A DNA stretch of 64,000 nt, from contig NC_086376.1 of assembly GCF_036588685.1 (NCBI RefSeq), forward strand, positions 62,744,001 through 62,808,000. Direction: 5' to 3'. Under the pieces are notes generated by a model, which worked only from the letters and a program-made list of their open reading frames with translations, did not search any database and was not told the origin of the DNA. The translations under genes were made by a program, and so were the position numbers. Of this stretch, positions 1 to 12,201 are shown piece after piece. Origin of the DNA: Mytilus trossulus. Taxonomy: Eukaryota. Each line of letters begins with the position of its first letter. Within the stretch, counting starts at the first letter, position 1.

Positions 1-465
1 ATATTCTGACTTATTCATGTTTTCTAAACATGAGGCTATATTGCTGAAAGGTTCATAAATTGCCGAAAGACACCTAAATTGCTGAAAGACACCTAAATGA
101 TTAAAATCAACCTTTTTGCATATTAACTGTAACATCTTGGTGTATAATCAGAGACCACATACGGGTTTATAGCCTCATCAGTGTATAATCGTTTCCCTTA
201 TACAGTATAATACTGTACAAGGATACAGTATAATACTGTACAAGGGAAACGAATATGCGTATTAACTTTACTTACTCAAAAAGATAGGACACCAATCAAC
301 CTTCATAACTTCAATGTGAAGTTCAAAATTGAAATAGTGCACAATAAATATCACTGAAGAATACACCTTTATATTTACAAACAATTATATAATTTTTTTA
401 TCTGATAACATATTTTTATCAACGTTCAAGGTAATGTTTGATTGTTTATTTTATAGTCGTAGAAG

Positions 466-3372
466 ATGGATACTGTGGAGAAGAAGCAAAGGATATGTGT
501 CCTGGCTGTCGATGGAAGCAAACATTCAGATCTAGCTTTGAAATGTAAGTTATATAATGTTATCGGATTGCTCTATATGTGCTTCTTGTGTTTCTATATT
601 AATGTGGTGGTCATTCGTTGACTTCATGGCAACCTTGATCCTATGATCGAAAACTGGGTTACTCTTTACCTATATCATATCCAAATCTCCAATAAAACAA
701 ACAGTCACAACAAATTGAAATACATCTAAAATACTGCTATTTGAAAATAAATTGTATTTCAAAAACAAAAATTCACCAACGAAGGTACCGAAATTTGGTG
801 TTTTAGGCAACTTTCAAACATACTTCATAGATTTCTTTTGAAAAATGACATCGTTAAGGTACTTATTTAAAAAAACAAATGGTATGTTGAAGAAGATGGT
901 GTTACTTCGCTCATCTATTTGTTCTTTAGTCCGAACTTTGACCATGTAAGTAAAATAATACTTCACTGCTTTGATCATGGATTCGAAGTAAAATAATACT
1001 TTGATCAACTTTGTATCTCTCTGTAACTTAATGCCTTTGATTTTAATGATTTTAATCACACATTCGACCGAACTCTAGTTGAATTTGAAACTCTTTGCTG
1101 CGGAATAAACAATAAAAATCAAAGCACAGACCACAGAAGAAGAGTATTGGAGTATTAGCTCTAATTGCAAATGTCCACATTCAAAACGACACCCCATTGA
1201 TGTTTTCATACATTGTATTTAATCAGTATCAAAACTTTGAAAACATTAACTTGCAATATTTATGTATGTGTTTTACAGGGTATACTGAAAATGTTCACAA
1301 ATCTGGGGACAAAGTTTTGCTAACACATTGTGTTGACCACAGAAAACATCTTACGTATGGATGTAAGTATCACCCCTTTTACAAGTATAAGGGCGAAATG
1401 TGTATATAATGACAAGGAAGATAGCTTACAAGATGTGGTAAGTGTTCATGTTGAACTCTCATAACACAAAACATGTTACATATTATTGTCAGTAATATTT
1501 TGGGACTATAAAGTGTTTTATGTATATATATCAACAACACATATAGGATCATGCATAATGTGAGGACAGTTGTATCTTTTTATAAATATCATATATTTAT
1601 ATATACACGACCCACACGAAAAAAACCCATAACTTTTCAAAACCATTAAAGTATTATACATGTGGAAGAAACCCTCTAATATGATTCAAAAGAGAAACAA
1701 GAACTATCTATAAAAAAAGATATCCGACGTATTTTTTTAGTATATGTTTAAAACTGTCATTTCGATAACCTTCAGAAGCACAATGACTTAATGATGCAGG
1801 ACCTCTTCAATAAAATCTCAATCTGAATGTAACTACAAGAAATTCTTTACTAATGTAAAAAAGAAGATGTGGTATGATTGCCAATGAGACAGCTATCCAC
1901 AAAAGACCAAAATGACACAAACATTAACAATTATAGGTCACCGTACGGCCTTCAACAATAAGCAAAGCCCATACCGCATATTGTCAGCTATAAAATATCA
2001 ATGTAAATCAGTTTTGCCCTCAAAAGTTGAAAAGTGTACATCTTTAATAAACAAAACAGCAGTTTATGTGTTTAGAGGGATGACACTGTATTGTTTATTG
2101 TTCAGTATGACCAAGTACCGTTACACGTTAGATTAGGGAAAACTAGATGGAACCATACGAAAACTAGATTTAGATAATAAAGCAGACAATTTGATGATCT
2201 CGCAGTTGTTGAATATTTTACGGTTGTGGTTGAAATGGTTATTAAAACTGTTTCTGCTGTTTGGTCGGGTTGTTGTCTCTTTGTAACATTCCACGTTTAC
2301 ATTCTCTCGATTTTATTTTAATGATTATGAGATCAACAGTAAAAATAACACCACGCATGTTAGAGGAAATTAATGTGCTCGAAAAAGAATACTTCATTTA
2401 AGAATATTCATAGACATATATGTCACTGGTGGTATATTGAAGAAGAAAATTCAGGAATGAAAGCAATATTGTTTTTAAAATGTAAGGATGTGCTTTGAGT
2501 AAAGAGGGGTTATAAGTATTACAATTCATTAAATGACGATACACAATTTTGAGGATGTATTGTCAAGTTTTACAGAACATATCATCTACCATTGCAGCTG
2601 TTTCCATGGTACCAGGTAATCCAGATTCTATAACTCATGCTTTCGCAGCAGAAGAAAAGAAAGCCAAAGAACTGATGGAGAAGTATGTAGCGGATTGTAA
2701 AAAGCTTGGAGTAAGTATATTTGTGCACAAACTATAGACTGTTGATTCGTTATTTTTCGTTGGATACCAATATTCGTGGGTTTTGTGGATACAGGTGAAC
2801 CACGAATTAAAATATTCAACGAAATACAAATTTCTATAAAGTTGTAGCCAGACTTTGGAAGAACCACGAAATCACATATCCACGAAAATGAAATGTTTCC
2901 GTAATCCACGAAAATTGGTACCAACGAAAATAAAAGAATCCCCAGTAGTACTCAACAATATGCAGACCTTTTCTTGGGGCAAGAAATATTTCATAGTGGG
3001 TTATTTTATCAAAGTTTCCGTCTTTTTTAAGCGAGCACCGGCTTTATCATCCTGCTTTTCTATTTGGCGGTGGCGTTAATCTCTCTTTATTAAACTTACA
3101 AGTTTCCGTCCCCTTGGTATATTTTAATAAGTATTTTTATATTAATCAAATAATTCATTGAAATATCTATTTGACAGCTACATGATGTAGATTTAGTGAA
3201 AGTAATCGGTGAACCAGGAGATGGGATCATAAAGGCTGCGGAAGAAAAGAAAGCGGACATGATTATCACAGGCTGTCGGGGTTTAGGACAGATCAGAAGA
3301 ACAATGGTCGGCAGTGTCAGCGACTATATATTACACCATTCGCATGTACCCGTCTTTGTTTGTAGACATTAA
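466..3372 (+). CDS. Universal stress protein A-like (USP domain) gene, 4 coding exons: 466-544, 1279-1362, 2598-2710, 3178-3372; 156 aa
   Basis: GT-AG exons join in frame (phases 1,1,0) to give [44 protein letters not shown]...[54 protein letters not shown]. This has the USP N-terminal 'VAVDGS..S..A..W' motif and the ATP-binding G-2x-G-9x-GS motif. AATAAA at ~3601 and ~3644. Confidence 0.93.
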
Positions 3373-4233
3373 CACTGCTAAAATATACATTTCTTATCTC
3401 AAAATAAAGGAAGATTGATATTAGGTCAAAACCATTATGAAAATATATATCATAAATGTATTGCCAAGTATAAACTGGGCTATACATATATATTCTTATC
3501 GTCAGTGTTGACGATATTTATACTAATGTATTAGAGTAAGATGCCATAAATATGCTCGTGTAATAAGATATTAACTATTTCTGATTTGCGAGTTTTTAAA
3601 AATAAATACATACATTCAAATCAGTTCGTTATATTGTTAACAGAATAAATTGTTGATCATGCACTATTTGGAGTTATCTATTTCTCCTTTTTCGTATTTC
3701 GTATGTTCATGCAATGGTTAGTAAAGTTTTCTAATAGTTTAATCCGAGGAATTATATCCAAATCAAATTCAAAGTATATGTTCTACGTTTCATAAAATCA
3801 AAAGGGTTCATCAAGTTATATGAGATCAAGTCCGGCATATTTGATTAACAAAGTTACATAGTTATTTCTCCCAAGATAAAGCTACCATATCTCTTATGTA
3901 TTTAGAAAAATTCTACCATTGTGCAGCTGGCAACTGACTACCAATCTGTCATCTTCAAGACAAAAAACCAAGACACATTGCAAATTATTAAAAGAGGGCA
4001 ATATTTGAAATGAAAGTCACATGACTGGCACAGTTGGTCAGTGAAGTCCTGATCTACGGCTCGGTACAACCAAGGATTTATATAGGTGCAACAACCTTCA
4101 GTTGCCAGCCAGAACCTTTAAAAATACAAAAATAAAATCAATTATCACAATGATCTGAGTCCACAAACACTGAACACTCAACTTTCCGTAACTTAATTTT
4201 GGTGAGTTGTTTTTTTCATTTTACCGGGTAATT

Positions 4234-4296
4234 ACCTACGTCACAAAATCTGATACAGGTAGTTTTTAAATGTACATGAATATATATTTATATTGA
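4234..4296 (+). promoter_or_regulatory. Upstream promoter module of vault-RNA-like gene 1 (dyad ACCTACGTCA-N7-TGATACAGGT plus TATA-like tract ending TATATTGA)
   Basis: The same module lies at fixed distances upstream of all six small-RNA copies, including the diverged ones. Confidence 0.6.
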
Positions 4297-4309
4297 TCTC
4301 GAATAGAAT

Positions 4310-4428
4310 GTGCTGGCGTAGTCGAGTGGTTACTTCGAAACTCAAATGTTTAAATCTTTCCTAAGAAATGAAATTTAACACGCGGGATCGCATCCCGTAG
4401 AAACCACTGACGCTATCTAGCATTTTTT
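4310..4428 (+). ncRNA. Vault RNA-like Pol III gene, copy 1 (subfamily I)
   Basis: GTGCTGGCGTAGTCGAGTGGTTACTTCG (A-box plus vault GGTTACTTCG signature) ... GGGATCGCATCCCG (B-box-like hairpin) ... AACCACTGACGCTATCTAGCA then T6 terminator. The 5' and 3' ends pair. Confidence 0.78.
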
Positions 4429-4491
4429 CGTGTTTTTTTTCTTGTATTTTGTTGTCGTTTAGCATGGGATCATAAATCAAATAGGTTAAAG

Positions 4492-6331
4492 CAGTCGGAA
4501 ACCCGGTTGAAATAGAACAAAAGAATCGAAGCTCTTTGTTAGAGAAGGCGATAAATGTTTACTGTATTATTTACTATAGTGACAAAAAATTAAAACGTTA
4601 ATAGAATCAAACAAAAAAAACAATTTTCTTCTCAATTACGAGGTGTTTTATTTTAAAAATACCATTTGCATAAGTTTTCAATTTATCTAGTACATAGTTA
4701 AGCAGAACAATTAGATATCAAGTCGACGATATATGGGTATCTTTCAAGTTGGATGAAGAAAATGCATAACCTCCGATTTAATTTTTTTTTACCACGGACG
4801 GAAAACATATCAATCTATTAGTTCAGTAGTTTTCGTGTCTGCACTTCCATTATATGACTCAAGAAAAAATATCAAAAAAATGAGTAACAATTGCATCGAA
4901 AAGAGAAAATAGAGTACACCTTTCTATGTTAGTGCGTGTTTGAGTTGAATATTTTGTCTTGATATCGTACAAAGTTAGAATATTTGATACATCGTCTCGC
5001 TTCAGATTCTCTCATTTTTATATATCAAAGCTACAGGTTGACTTTATAACACAAACAAATCACAGTACTAAAAGATGAAATATATGGGTCAAGTGAAATA
5101 CCTAGTCTAATGAGTCACAAAAACAGAGAAGGTGTGTTCGAATAGTTATTTTTTTACTGAAAGTACTTGACGACAGTCTTTCAAGTTGGATGATGAAAAT
5201 GCATATCTTCGAAAAATTATATTTTTTTGTATGTGATATCTAGGGTTTATAGTCTTCATACACTGAAGAAATTTAGTCTGCCCTTCCACAAAATATTTAA
5301 TTAGATTTTTTTTTAAATGTTTATGAATTTTCGGAAATTCCACCTGACAACCGATTAGACAATAGTTTTAAGTTGAATCAATGCTGAAAAAAACATTAAC
5401 TGATGCTCATTAGCTAGATGATACATTTGTCTTTTAAAATACATCTGAAATATAAGGATCGTAATGGTGCAATGTGGATAAATTTATCGGTTTCCAAGAG
5501 CAAAATTGGTAGCGCGTCATCCCTACAATGGCTTCCATTTGTACGATTGTGAAAATGAACTGGCGTAATGGGGAGATAATTTTGACGCAGTAGAATCCTG
5601 ACTGAAAGGAGATCATACAGAAAATTTCTGGAACCGCAACTGCCCAATATCCCGGGTTTAAAAACATGAAATCCTGAGGTTCTGAATTTATTATACAAAT
5701 TAAATATCTCGACATCCCGAAATTCGAAAAAAGAAATCCCGGATCCCGAAATGGTCAATCCTGAAATTTCGATCTTAAAAACACCCGCTCCAGACGTCCC
5801 GAAAGTGTATTTTCTTTTTACAGTCATATCTCAGTTTAATAATTGATCCACAGTGGCGATTGATTGATTATTCAGACCCTCTCTATTAAATAAACCCTGT
5901 GACTGCCGTGGATAGTAAACTTGAAAATTATATCAGACAAAAATTACACTTTATTCGTAGTATATGTATTTGTTTCAAAGTAAAAAGAAAAATACAAACC
6001 GGGGTTCTAATTTGACTTAAATTTCGTCCAATGACGGATAAAAGACAGAAAATACACTCTATTCGTAGTATTAATGTATGTTCAAAGTATGGCAGAAAAA
6101 CGCAAACCGGAAATCTAATCTGACTTAAAATTTCGCCCAATGACGGACACATATCCGGACGTCTTTTTTCTCGTTTTTCACCCAAAATAATTCAATCCGA
6201 ATAATCATATGAATGGATGACAAATGCGATTATGCACTGTACCCATAGGACACAGAGGCATGATGATTTATTTATTGTAGAAAGAAGAGAAGCGACACCC
6301 AAAATGAGGTCTTCTCGTTTAATAGTATAGA
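4492..6331 (-). mobile_element. Helitron-like non-autonomous element/repeat block, 5' terminus at 6331
   Basis: Minus strand begins A|TCTATACTATTAAACGAG, a typical Helitron 5' TC end at an A-T target. No CTRR 3' end found. The block is absent from B-type sub-units. Confidence 0.5.
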
Positions 6332-7460
6332 TATATTTATATATACACGACCCAACTGAAAAAAAAAACCATAACTTTTCAAACCCATAAACGTTTTATA
6401 CATGTATGTGGAAGAAACCCTTTAATATGATTCAAAAGAAGAGAAAAAAACATGTGCACTTTTCCCAACATCATAATTGCCCTGATCTTCCGCGCCTTGT
6501 TCTTTCAATTTCTTGCACTGAAGCAATTTCTTTTGGAGGCAGATAATTTGAATAAATGGTGGTGTAGCTATAGTGTGGTCGCCGCAGGTGTAGGAGGTTG
6601 CGAGTTCTATTCCAAGTTGGCTCTAATTATAGACTTAAAATGTGTGGGATTTTACTCAGCATATGGAACTTTTCACACTAAAGCAGACTGCTCGGATCAG
6701 CGTCGAGTAAAATTTAACTGCATCTGGAAAAACATGAGAAAAGATGAAATATTTCGCTACATTGAAGACCTGTTGGTGACCTTCTGTTGTTGTTTTTTTA
6801 TTTGGTCGGGTTGTTGTCTCTTTGACACATTCCCCATTTCCATTCTCAATTTCATTACTTATATGTAAATCAGTTTTGCCCTCAGAAGTTGAAAAGTGAA
6901 CATCTTATACAAAACAGCAGTTAATGTGTTGAGAGGAATGACACTGTAATGTTTTTGTCAGTATTACCAAGTACCGTTACACGTTAGATTAAGGAAAATC
7001 AGATGGAACCATACGAAAACTAGATTTAGATAATAAAGCAGACAATTTGATGATCTCGCAGTTGTTGAATATTTTACAGTTGTGGTTGAAAGGGTTATAA
7101 ACTGTTTCTGCTGTTTGGTCGGGTTGTTGTCTTTTTGTAACATTCCCCGTTTACATTCTATCGATTTTATTTTAATGATTATGAGATCAACAGTAAAAAT
7201 AACATCACGCATGTTTATAGAGGAAACGTCATTAATTAATGTGCACGAAAAAGAATACTTCTTTTAAGAATATCCATAGACCTATATGTCTCTGGTATAT
7301 TGAAGAAGAAAATTCAGGAATGAAAGCAATATTGTTTTCAAAATGTAAGGATGTGCTTTGAGTAAAGAGGGGTCATAAGTTAAACAATTCATTAAATGAG
7401 AATACACAATTTTGAGTATGTATTGTCAAATTTTACAGAACATATTATCTACCATTGCAG

Positions 7461-8222
7461 CTGTTTCCATGGTACCAGGTAATCCAGATTCTATTACTCA
7501 TGCTTTCGCAGCTGAAGAAAAGAAAGCCAAAGAACTGATGAAGAAGTATGTAGCGGATTGTAAAAAGCTTGGAGTAAGTATATTTGTGCACAAACTATAG
7601 ACTGTTGATTCGTTATTTTTCGTTGGATACCAATATTCGTGGGTTTTGTGGATACAGGTGAACCGGGAATTAAAATATTCAAATACAAATTTCTATAAGG
7701 TTGTAGCCAGACTTTGGAAGAACCACGAAATCAAATATCCACGAAAATGAAATGTTTCCGTAATCCACGAAAATTGATACCAACGAAAATAAAAGAATCC
7801 ACAGTAGTACTCAACAATATGCAGACATTTTCGGGGCAAGAAATATTTCAGAGTGGGTTATTTTATCAAATTTTCCCTCTTTTTTTAAGCGAGCACCTGC
7901 TTTTCTATTTGGCGGTGGCGTTAATCTCTCTTTATTAAACTTTCAAGTTTAGTTTCTGTCTCCTTGGTATATGTTAATAAGTATTTTTATATTAATTAAA
8001 TAACTCATTAAGATATCTATTTGACAGCTACATGATGTAGATTTAGTGAAAGTAATCGGTGAACCAGGAGATGGGATCATAAAGGCTGCTGAAGAAAAGA
8101 AAGCGGACATGATTATCACAGGCTGTCGGGGTTTAGGACAGATCAGAAGAACAATGGTCGGCAGTGTCAGCGACTATATATTACACCATTCGCATGTACC
8201 TGTCTTTGTTTGTAGACATTAA
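7461..8222 (+). pseudogene. Partial USP duplicate (exons 3-4 only: 7461-7573, 8028-8222)
   Basis: Near-identical exons with intact splice sites and one E>K change. No exon 1 or 2 between this copy and the previous one. Confidence 0.8.
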
Positions 8223-9115
8223 CACTGCTAAAACATACATTTCTTATCTCAAAATACAGGAAGATTGATATTAGGTCAATACTATTATGAAAATATGTCA
8301 TAAATGTGTTGCCAAGTAATTGGACCAAACATATATATTCTTATCGTCAGTTTTGACGATATTTATACTGATGTATTAGAGTAAGATGCCATAAATATGC
8401 TCGTTTAATAAGATATTAACTATTTCTGATTTGCAAGTTTTTAAAAATAAATACATACATTCAAATCAGTTCGTTATATTGTTAACAGAATAAATTGTTC
8501 AACATGCACTATTTGGAGTTATTTGTTTCTCCTTTTTCGTATTTCGTATATGTTCATGCAATGGTTAAAAGTTTTCTAATAGTTTAAATTAATCCGAGGA
8601 ATTATATCCAAATCAAATTCTAAGTATATGTTCTACGTTTCATAAAATCAAAAGCGTTCATCAAGTTATATGAGGTCAAGTCATATTTGATTTACAAAGT
8701 TACATAGTTATTTCTCCCAAGATAAAGCTACCAGATCTCTTATAAATGTATTTAGGAAAATTCTACCATTGTGCAGCTGATAACTGACTACCAATCTGTC
8801 ATCTTCAAGACAAAAAGCCAAGACACATTGCAAATTAAAAGAGGGCAATATTTGAAATGAAAGTCACATGACTGGCACAGTTGGTCAGTCAGAAGTCCTG
8901 ATCTACGGCTCGGTACAACCTTCAGTTGCCAAAACCTTTAAGAATACAAAAAAAAACAATTATCACAATGATCTGAGTCCACAAACACTGAACACTCAAC
9001 TTTCCGTAACTTAATTATTTTTCATTTTACCGGGTAATTACCTACGTCACAAAATCTGATACAGGTAGATTTTAAATGAACATGTATATATATTTATATT
9101 GATTTCTATTAGAAT

Positions 9116-9234
9116 GTGCTGGCGTAGTCGAGTGGTTACTTCGAAACTCAAATGTTTAAATCTTTCCAAAGAAATGAAATTTAACACGCGGGATCGCATC
9201 CCGTAGAAACCACTGACGCTATCTAGCATATTTT
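9116..9234 (+). ncRNA. Vault RNA-like Pol III gene, copy 2 (subfamily I)
   Basis: Same sequence as copy 1 apart from a loop SNP. Ends CTAGCATATTTT. Upstream dyad at 9040. Confidence 0.75.
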
Positions 9235-9316
9235 CGAGTTTTTTTTCTTGTATTTTGTTGTCGTTTAGCATGGGATCATAAATCAGACAGGTTAAAGGAG
9301 ATCATACAGCTTCCAT

Positions 9317-9723
9317 GGGAAGACGGACTCCGGAGGGAGGGTAGTGCTAGTCGACCCATGTTTTTTGTGGGTAGACGGACTCCGGAGGGGGTAGTGCTAG
9401 TCGACCCATGTTTTGTGTGGGTAGACGGACTCTGGAGGGGGATAGTGTTATTCGACCCATGTTTTGTGTGGGTAGACGGACTCTGGAGGGGGTAGTGTTA
9501 TTCGACCCATGTTTTGTGTGGGTAGACGGACTCCGGAAGGGGGTAGTGCTATTCGACCCATGTTTTGTGTGGGTAGACGGACTCCGGAGGGGGTAGTGCT
9601 ATTCGACCCATGTTTTGTGTGGGTAGACGGACTCCGGAAGGGGGGGTAGTGCTATTCGACCCATGTTGTGTGTGGGTAGACGGACTCCGGAAGGGTAGTA
9701 GTGCTATTCGACCCATGTTTTGT
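9317..9723. repeat. GC-rich ~50-bp minisatellite, 8 units (GGGTAGACGGACTCCGGAGGGGGTAGTGCTATTCGACCCATGTTTTGTGT)
   Basis: Units start at ~9317, 9369, 9419, 9470, 9520, 9571, 9621 and 9674. Confidence 0.95.
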
Positions 9724-10072
9724 TACAGGTGATTAGCTGAGATATTCAGATTGGAATTCCATCATGGCTTAGATATTTAAAAAGAGAAGAATAAGGAAAT
9801 TACCCAGAAAGAAAATACATTGTATAGTTGAAGATAAACATTTGAACTTAGTTGAAAAGGACAAAGTGATTAATAAATTACATTAAAACTAAAAGACACA
9901 TATAAACCAAACACAAACTCAAGAGTATTTTGAAAATGTGCATAGAACACCCATGACAGTAACATAAAACAAGGACGAATATCACATAAAACAAGCAAGC
10001 TTAATAAAATCTTGCATTACATGCTGTAGGCAATTAGCTGTAGCTTGCAATATTCATTTATGTGTTTTACAG

Positions 10073-12201
10073 GGTATACTGAAAATGTTCACAAATCTGG
10101 GGACAAAGTTTTGCTAACACATTGTGTTGACCACAGAAAACATCTTACGTATGGATGTAAGTATCAACACTTTTCACAAGTATAAGGGCGATATGTGTAT
10201 ATAATGACAAAGAAGATAGCTTACAAGATGTGGTAAGTGTTCATGCGCACACCTTGGACTCTCATAGGACAAAACATGTTACATATTATTGTCAGTAATA
10301 TTTTGGGACTATAAAGTGTTTTATGTATATGTATCAACTACACATATAGGATCATGCATAATGTGAGGACAATTGTGTCTTATAAATATCAGATATTTAT
10401 ATATACACGACCCAACTGAAAAAAACATAACTTTTCAAAACATTAACGTATTATACTTGTGGAAGAAATTCTCTGATATGATTCAAAAGACCAAAAAAAA
10501 TCATGTGCCCTTTTCCCAACACCATTATTGCCCTGATCTTCTGTGACTGGCGCCTTGTTCTATCAATTTCTTGCACTGAAGCAATTTACAATTTATTTTG
10601 GAGGCAGATAATTTGAACAAATGGTGGTGTAGCTATTGTGTGGTCGCCACAGGTGTAGGAGGTTGTGAGTTCTATTTCAAGTCGGCTCTAATTATAATAG
10701 ACTTAAAATGTGTTGGATTTTACTCAGCATATGGAACTTTTCACACTAAAGCAGACTGCTCGGATTAGAGTCGAGTATAATTTAACTGCATCTGGAAAAA
10801 CATGAGAAAAGATTAAATATTCTGTCTATACTTATATGTAAATTAGTTTTGCCCTCAGAAGTTTAGAAGTGTACATCTTATACAAAACAGCAGTTTATGT
10901 ATTTAGAGGGATGACAATATGTTGTTTATTGTTCATTATGACCAAGTACCGTTACACGTTAGATTAAGGAAAATCAGATGGAACCATACGAAAACTAGAT
11001 AATAAGGCAGACAATTTGATAATCTCGCAGTTGTTGGATATTTTACGGTTGTGGTTGAAATGGTTATTAGAACTATTTCTGCTGTTTGGTCGGGTTATTA
11101 TCTCTTTGGCCCATTCCCCTTTTACATTCTCGATTTTATTTTAATGATTATGATATCAACAGTAAAAATAACACCACGCATGTTAGAAGAAACGTAATTA
11201 ATTAAGGTTCACGAAAAAGAATACTTCATTTAAGAATATTCATAGACATATATGTCACTGGTGTATTGAAGAAGAAAATTCAGGAATGAAAGCAATATTG
11301 TTTTCAAAATGTAAGGATGTGCTTTGAGTTAAAATGGTCATAAGTTTAACAATTCATTAAATGACAATACACAATTTTGAGTATGTATTGTCAAATTTTA
11401 CAGAACATATTATCTACCATTGCAGCTGTTTCCATGGTTCCAGGTAATCCAGATTATATTACTCATGCTTTCGCAGCAGAAGAAAAGAAAGCCAAAGAAC
11501 TGATGGAGAAGTGTGTAGCAGATTGTAAAAAGCTTGGAGTAAGTATATTTGTGCACAAACTATAGACTGTTGATTCGTTAGTTTTCGTTGGATACCAATA
11601 TTCGTGGGTTTTGTGGACACAGGTGAACCACGAATTAAAATATTCAACGAAATACAAATTTCTATAAAGTTGTAGCCAGACTTTGGAAGAACCACGAAAT
11701 CAAATATCCACGAAAATGAAATGTTTCCGTAATCCACGAAAATTGGTACCAACGAAAATAAAAGAATCCCCAGTAGTACTCAACAATATGCAGACCTTTT
11801 CTTGGGGCAAGAAATATTTCATAGTGGGTTATTTTATCAAAGTTTCCCTCTTTTTTAAGCGAGCACCGGCTTTATCATCCTGCTTTTCTATTTGGCGGTG
11901 GCGTTAATCTCTCTTTATTAAAACTTACAAGTTTCCGTCCCCTTGGTATATTTTAATAAGTATTTTTATATTAATCAAATAATTCATTGAAATATCTATT
12001 TGACAGCTACATGATGAAGATTTAGTGAAATTAATCGGTGAACCAGGAGATGGGATCATAAAGGCTGCTGAAGAAAAGAAAGCGGACATGATTATCACAG
12101 GCTGTCGGGGTTTAGGACAAATCAGAAGAACAATGGTCGGCAGTGTCAGCGACTATATATTACACCATTCGCATGTACCTGTCTTTGTTTGTAGACATTA
12201 A
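10073..12201 (+). pseudogene. Partial USP duplicate (exons 2-4: 10073-10156, 11426-11538, 12007-12201), no ATG exon
   Basis: Splice sites and frame intact. Four amino-acid changes versus the full gene (S>Y, Y>C, V>E, V>L). Confidence 0.8.

Larger units (their letters stand above)
1250..10043. repeat. ~8.8 kb tandem segmental duplication, unit 1 (sub-units A and B, each = USP 3' exons + small RNA gene)
   Basis: Constant offset of ~8825 bp between landmarks (2598/11426, 5414/14238, 7461/16286). Homology begins at CTTGCAATATT (1250 vs 10044). Confidence 0.9.

Noticed and set aside
191-250. Palindrome with internal 23-bp tandem duplication upstream of USP
   Set aside because: Real but short and single-copy here, with no TSD or evidence of function.
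2855-3079. Recurrent MEEPRN... ORFs (2855, 7714, 11683, 16543) and overlapping minus-strand ORFs
   Set aside because: Fall inside USP intron 3 in an (A)CCACGAA-rich repeat element. Non-ATG starts and variable C-termini.
4310-4428. Interpreting the six small-RNA copies as tRNA genes or tRNA-derived SINEs
   Set aside because: No cloverleaf or anticodon arm; the A-box region pairs with the 3' end instead. No tail or TSD, and the upstream sequence is conserved. A genome-wide copy count is still needed to exclude a SINE fully.
5414-5827. 137-aa minus-strand ORF, duplicated at 14238-14651
   Set aside because: Lies in a repeat block with low-complexity CCCGAAA motifs and has no recognisable domain. 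Its conservation is explained by the recent duplication.
6452-6868. 138-aa ORF (and 15274-15648)
   Set aside because: It is USP intron-2 sequence plus a dispersed repeat, and the frame is broken in the paralogous intron near 10.5 kb.
9317-9723. CRISPR-like array or coding ORF (9408-9596)
   Set aside because: Units are contiguous with no unique spacers, the context is eukaryotic and there are no cas genes. It is a minisatellite.
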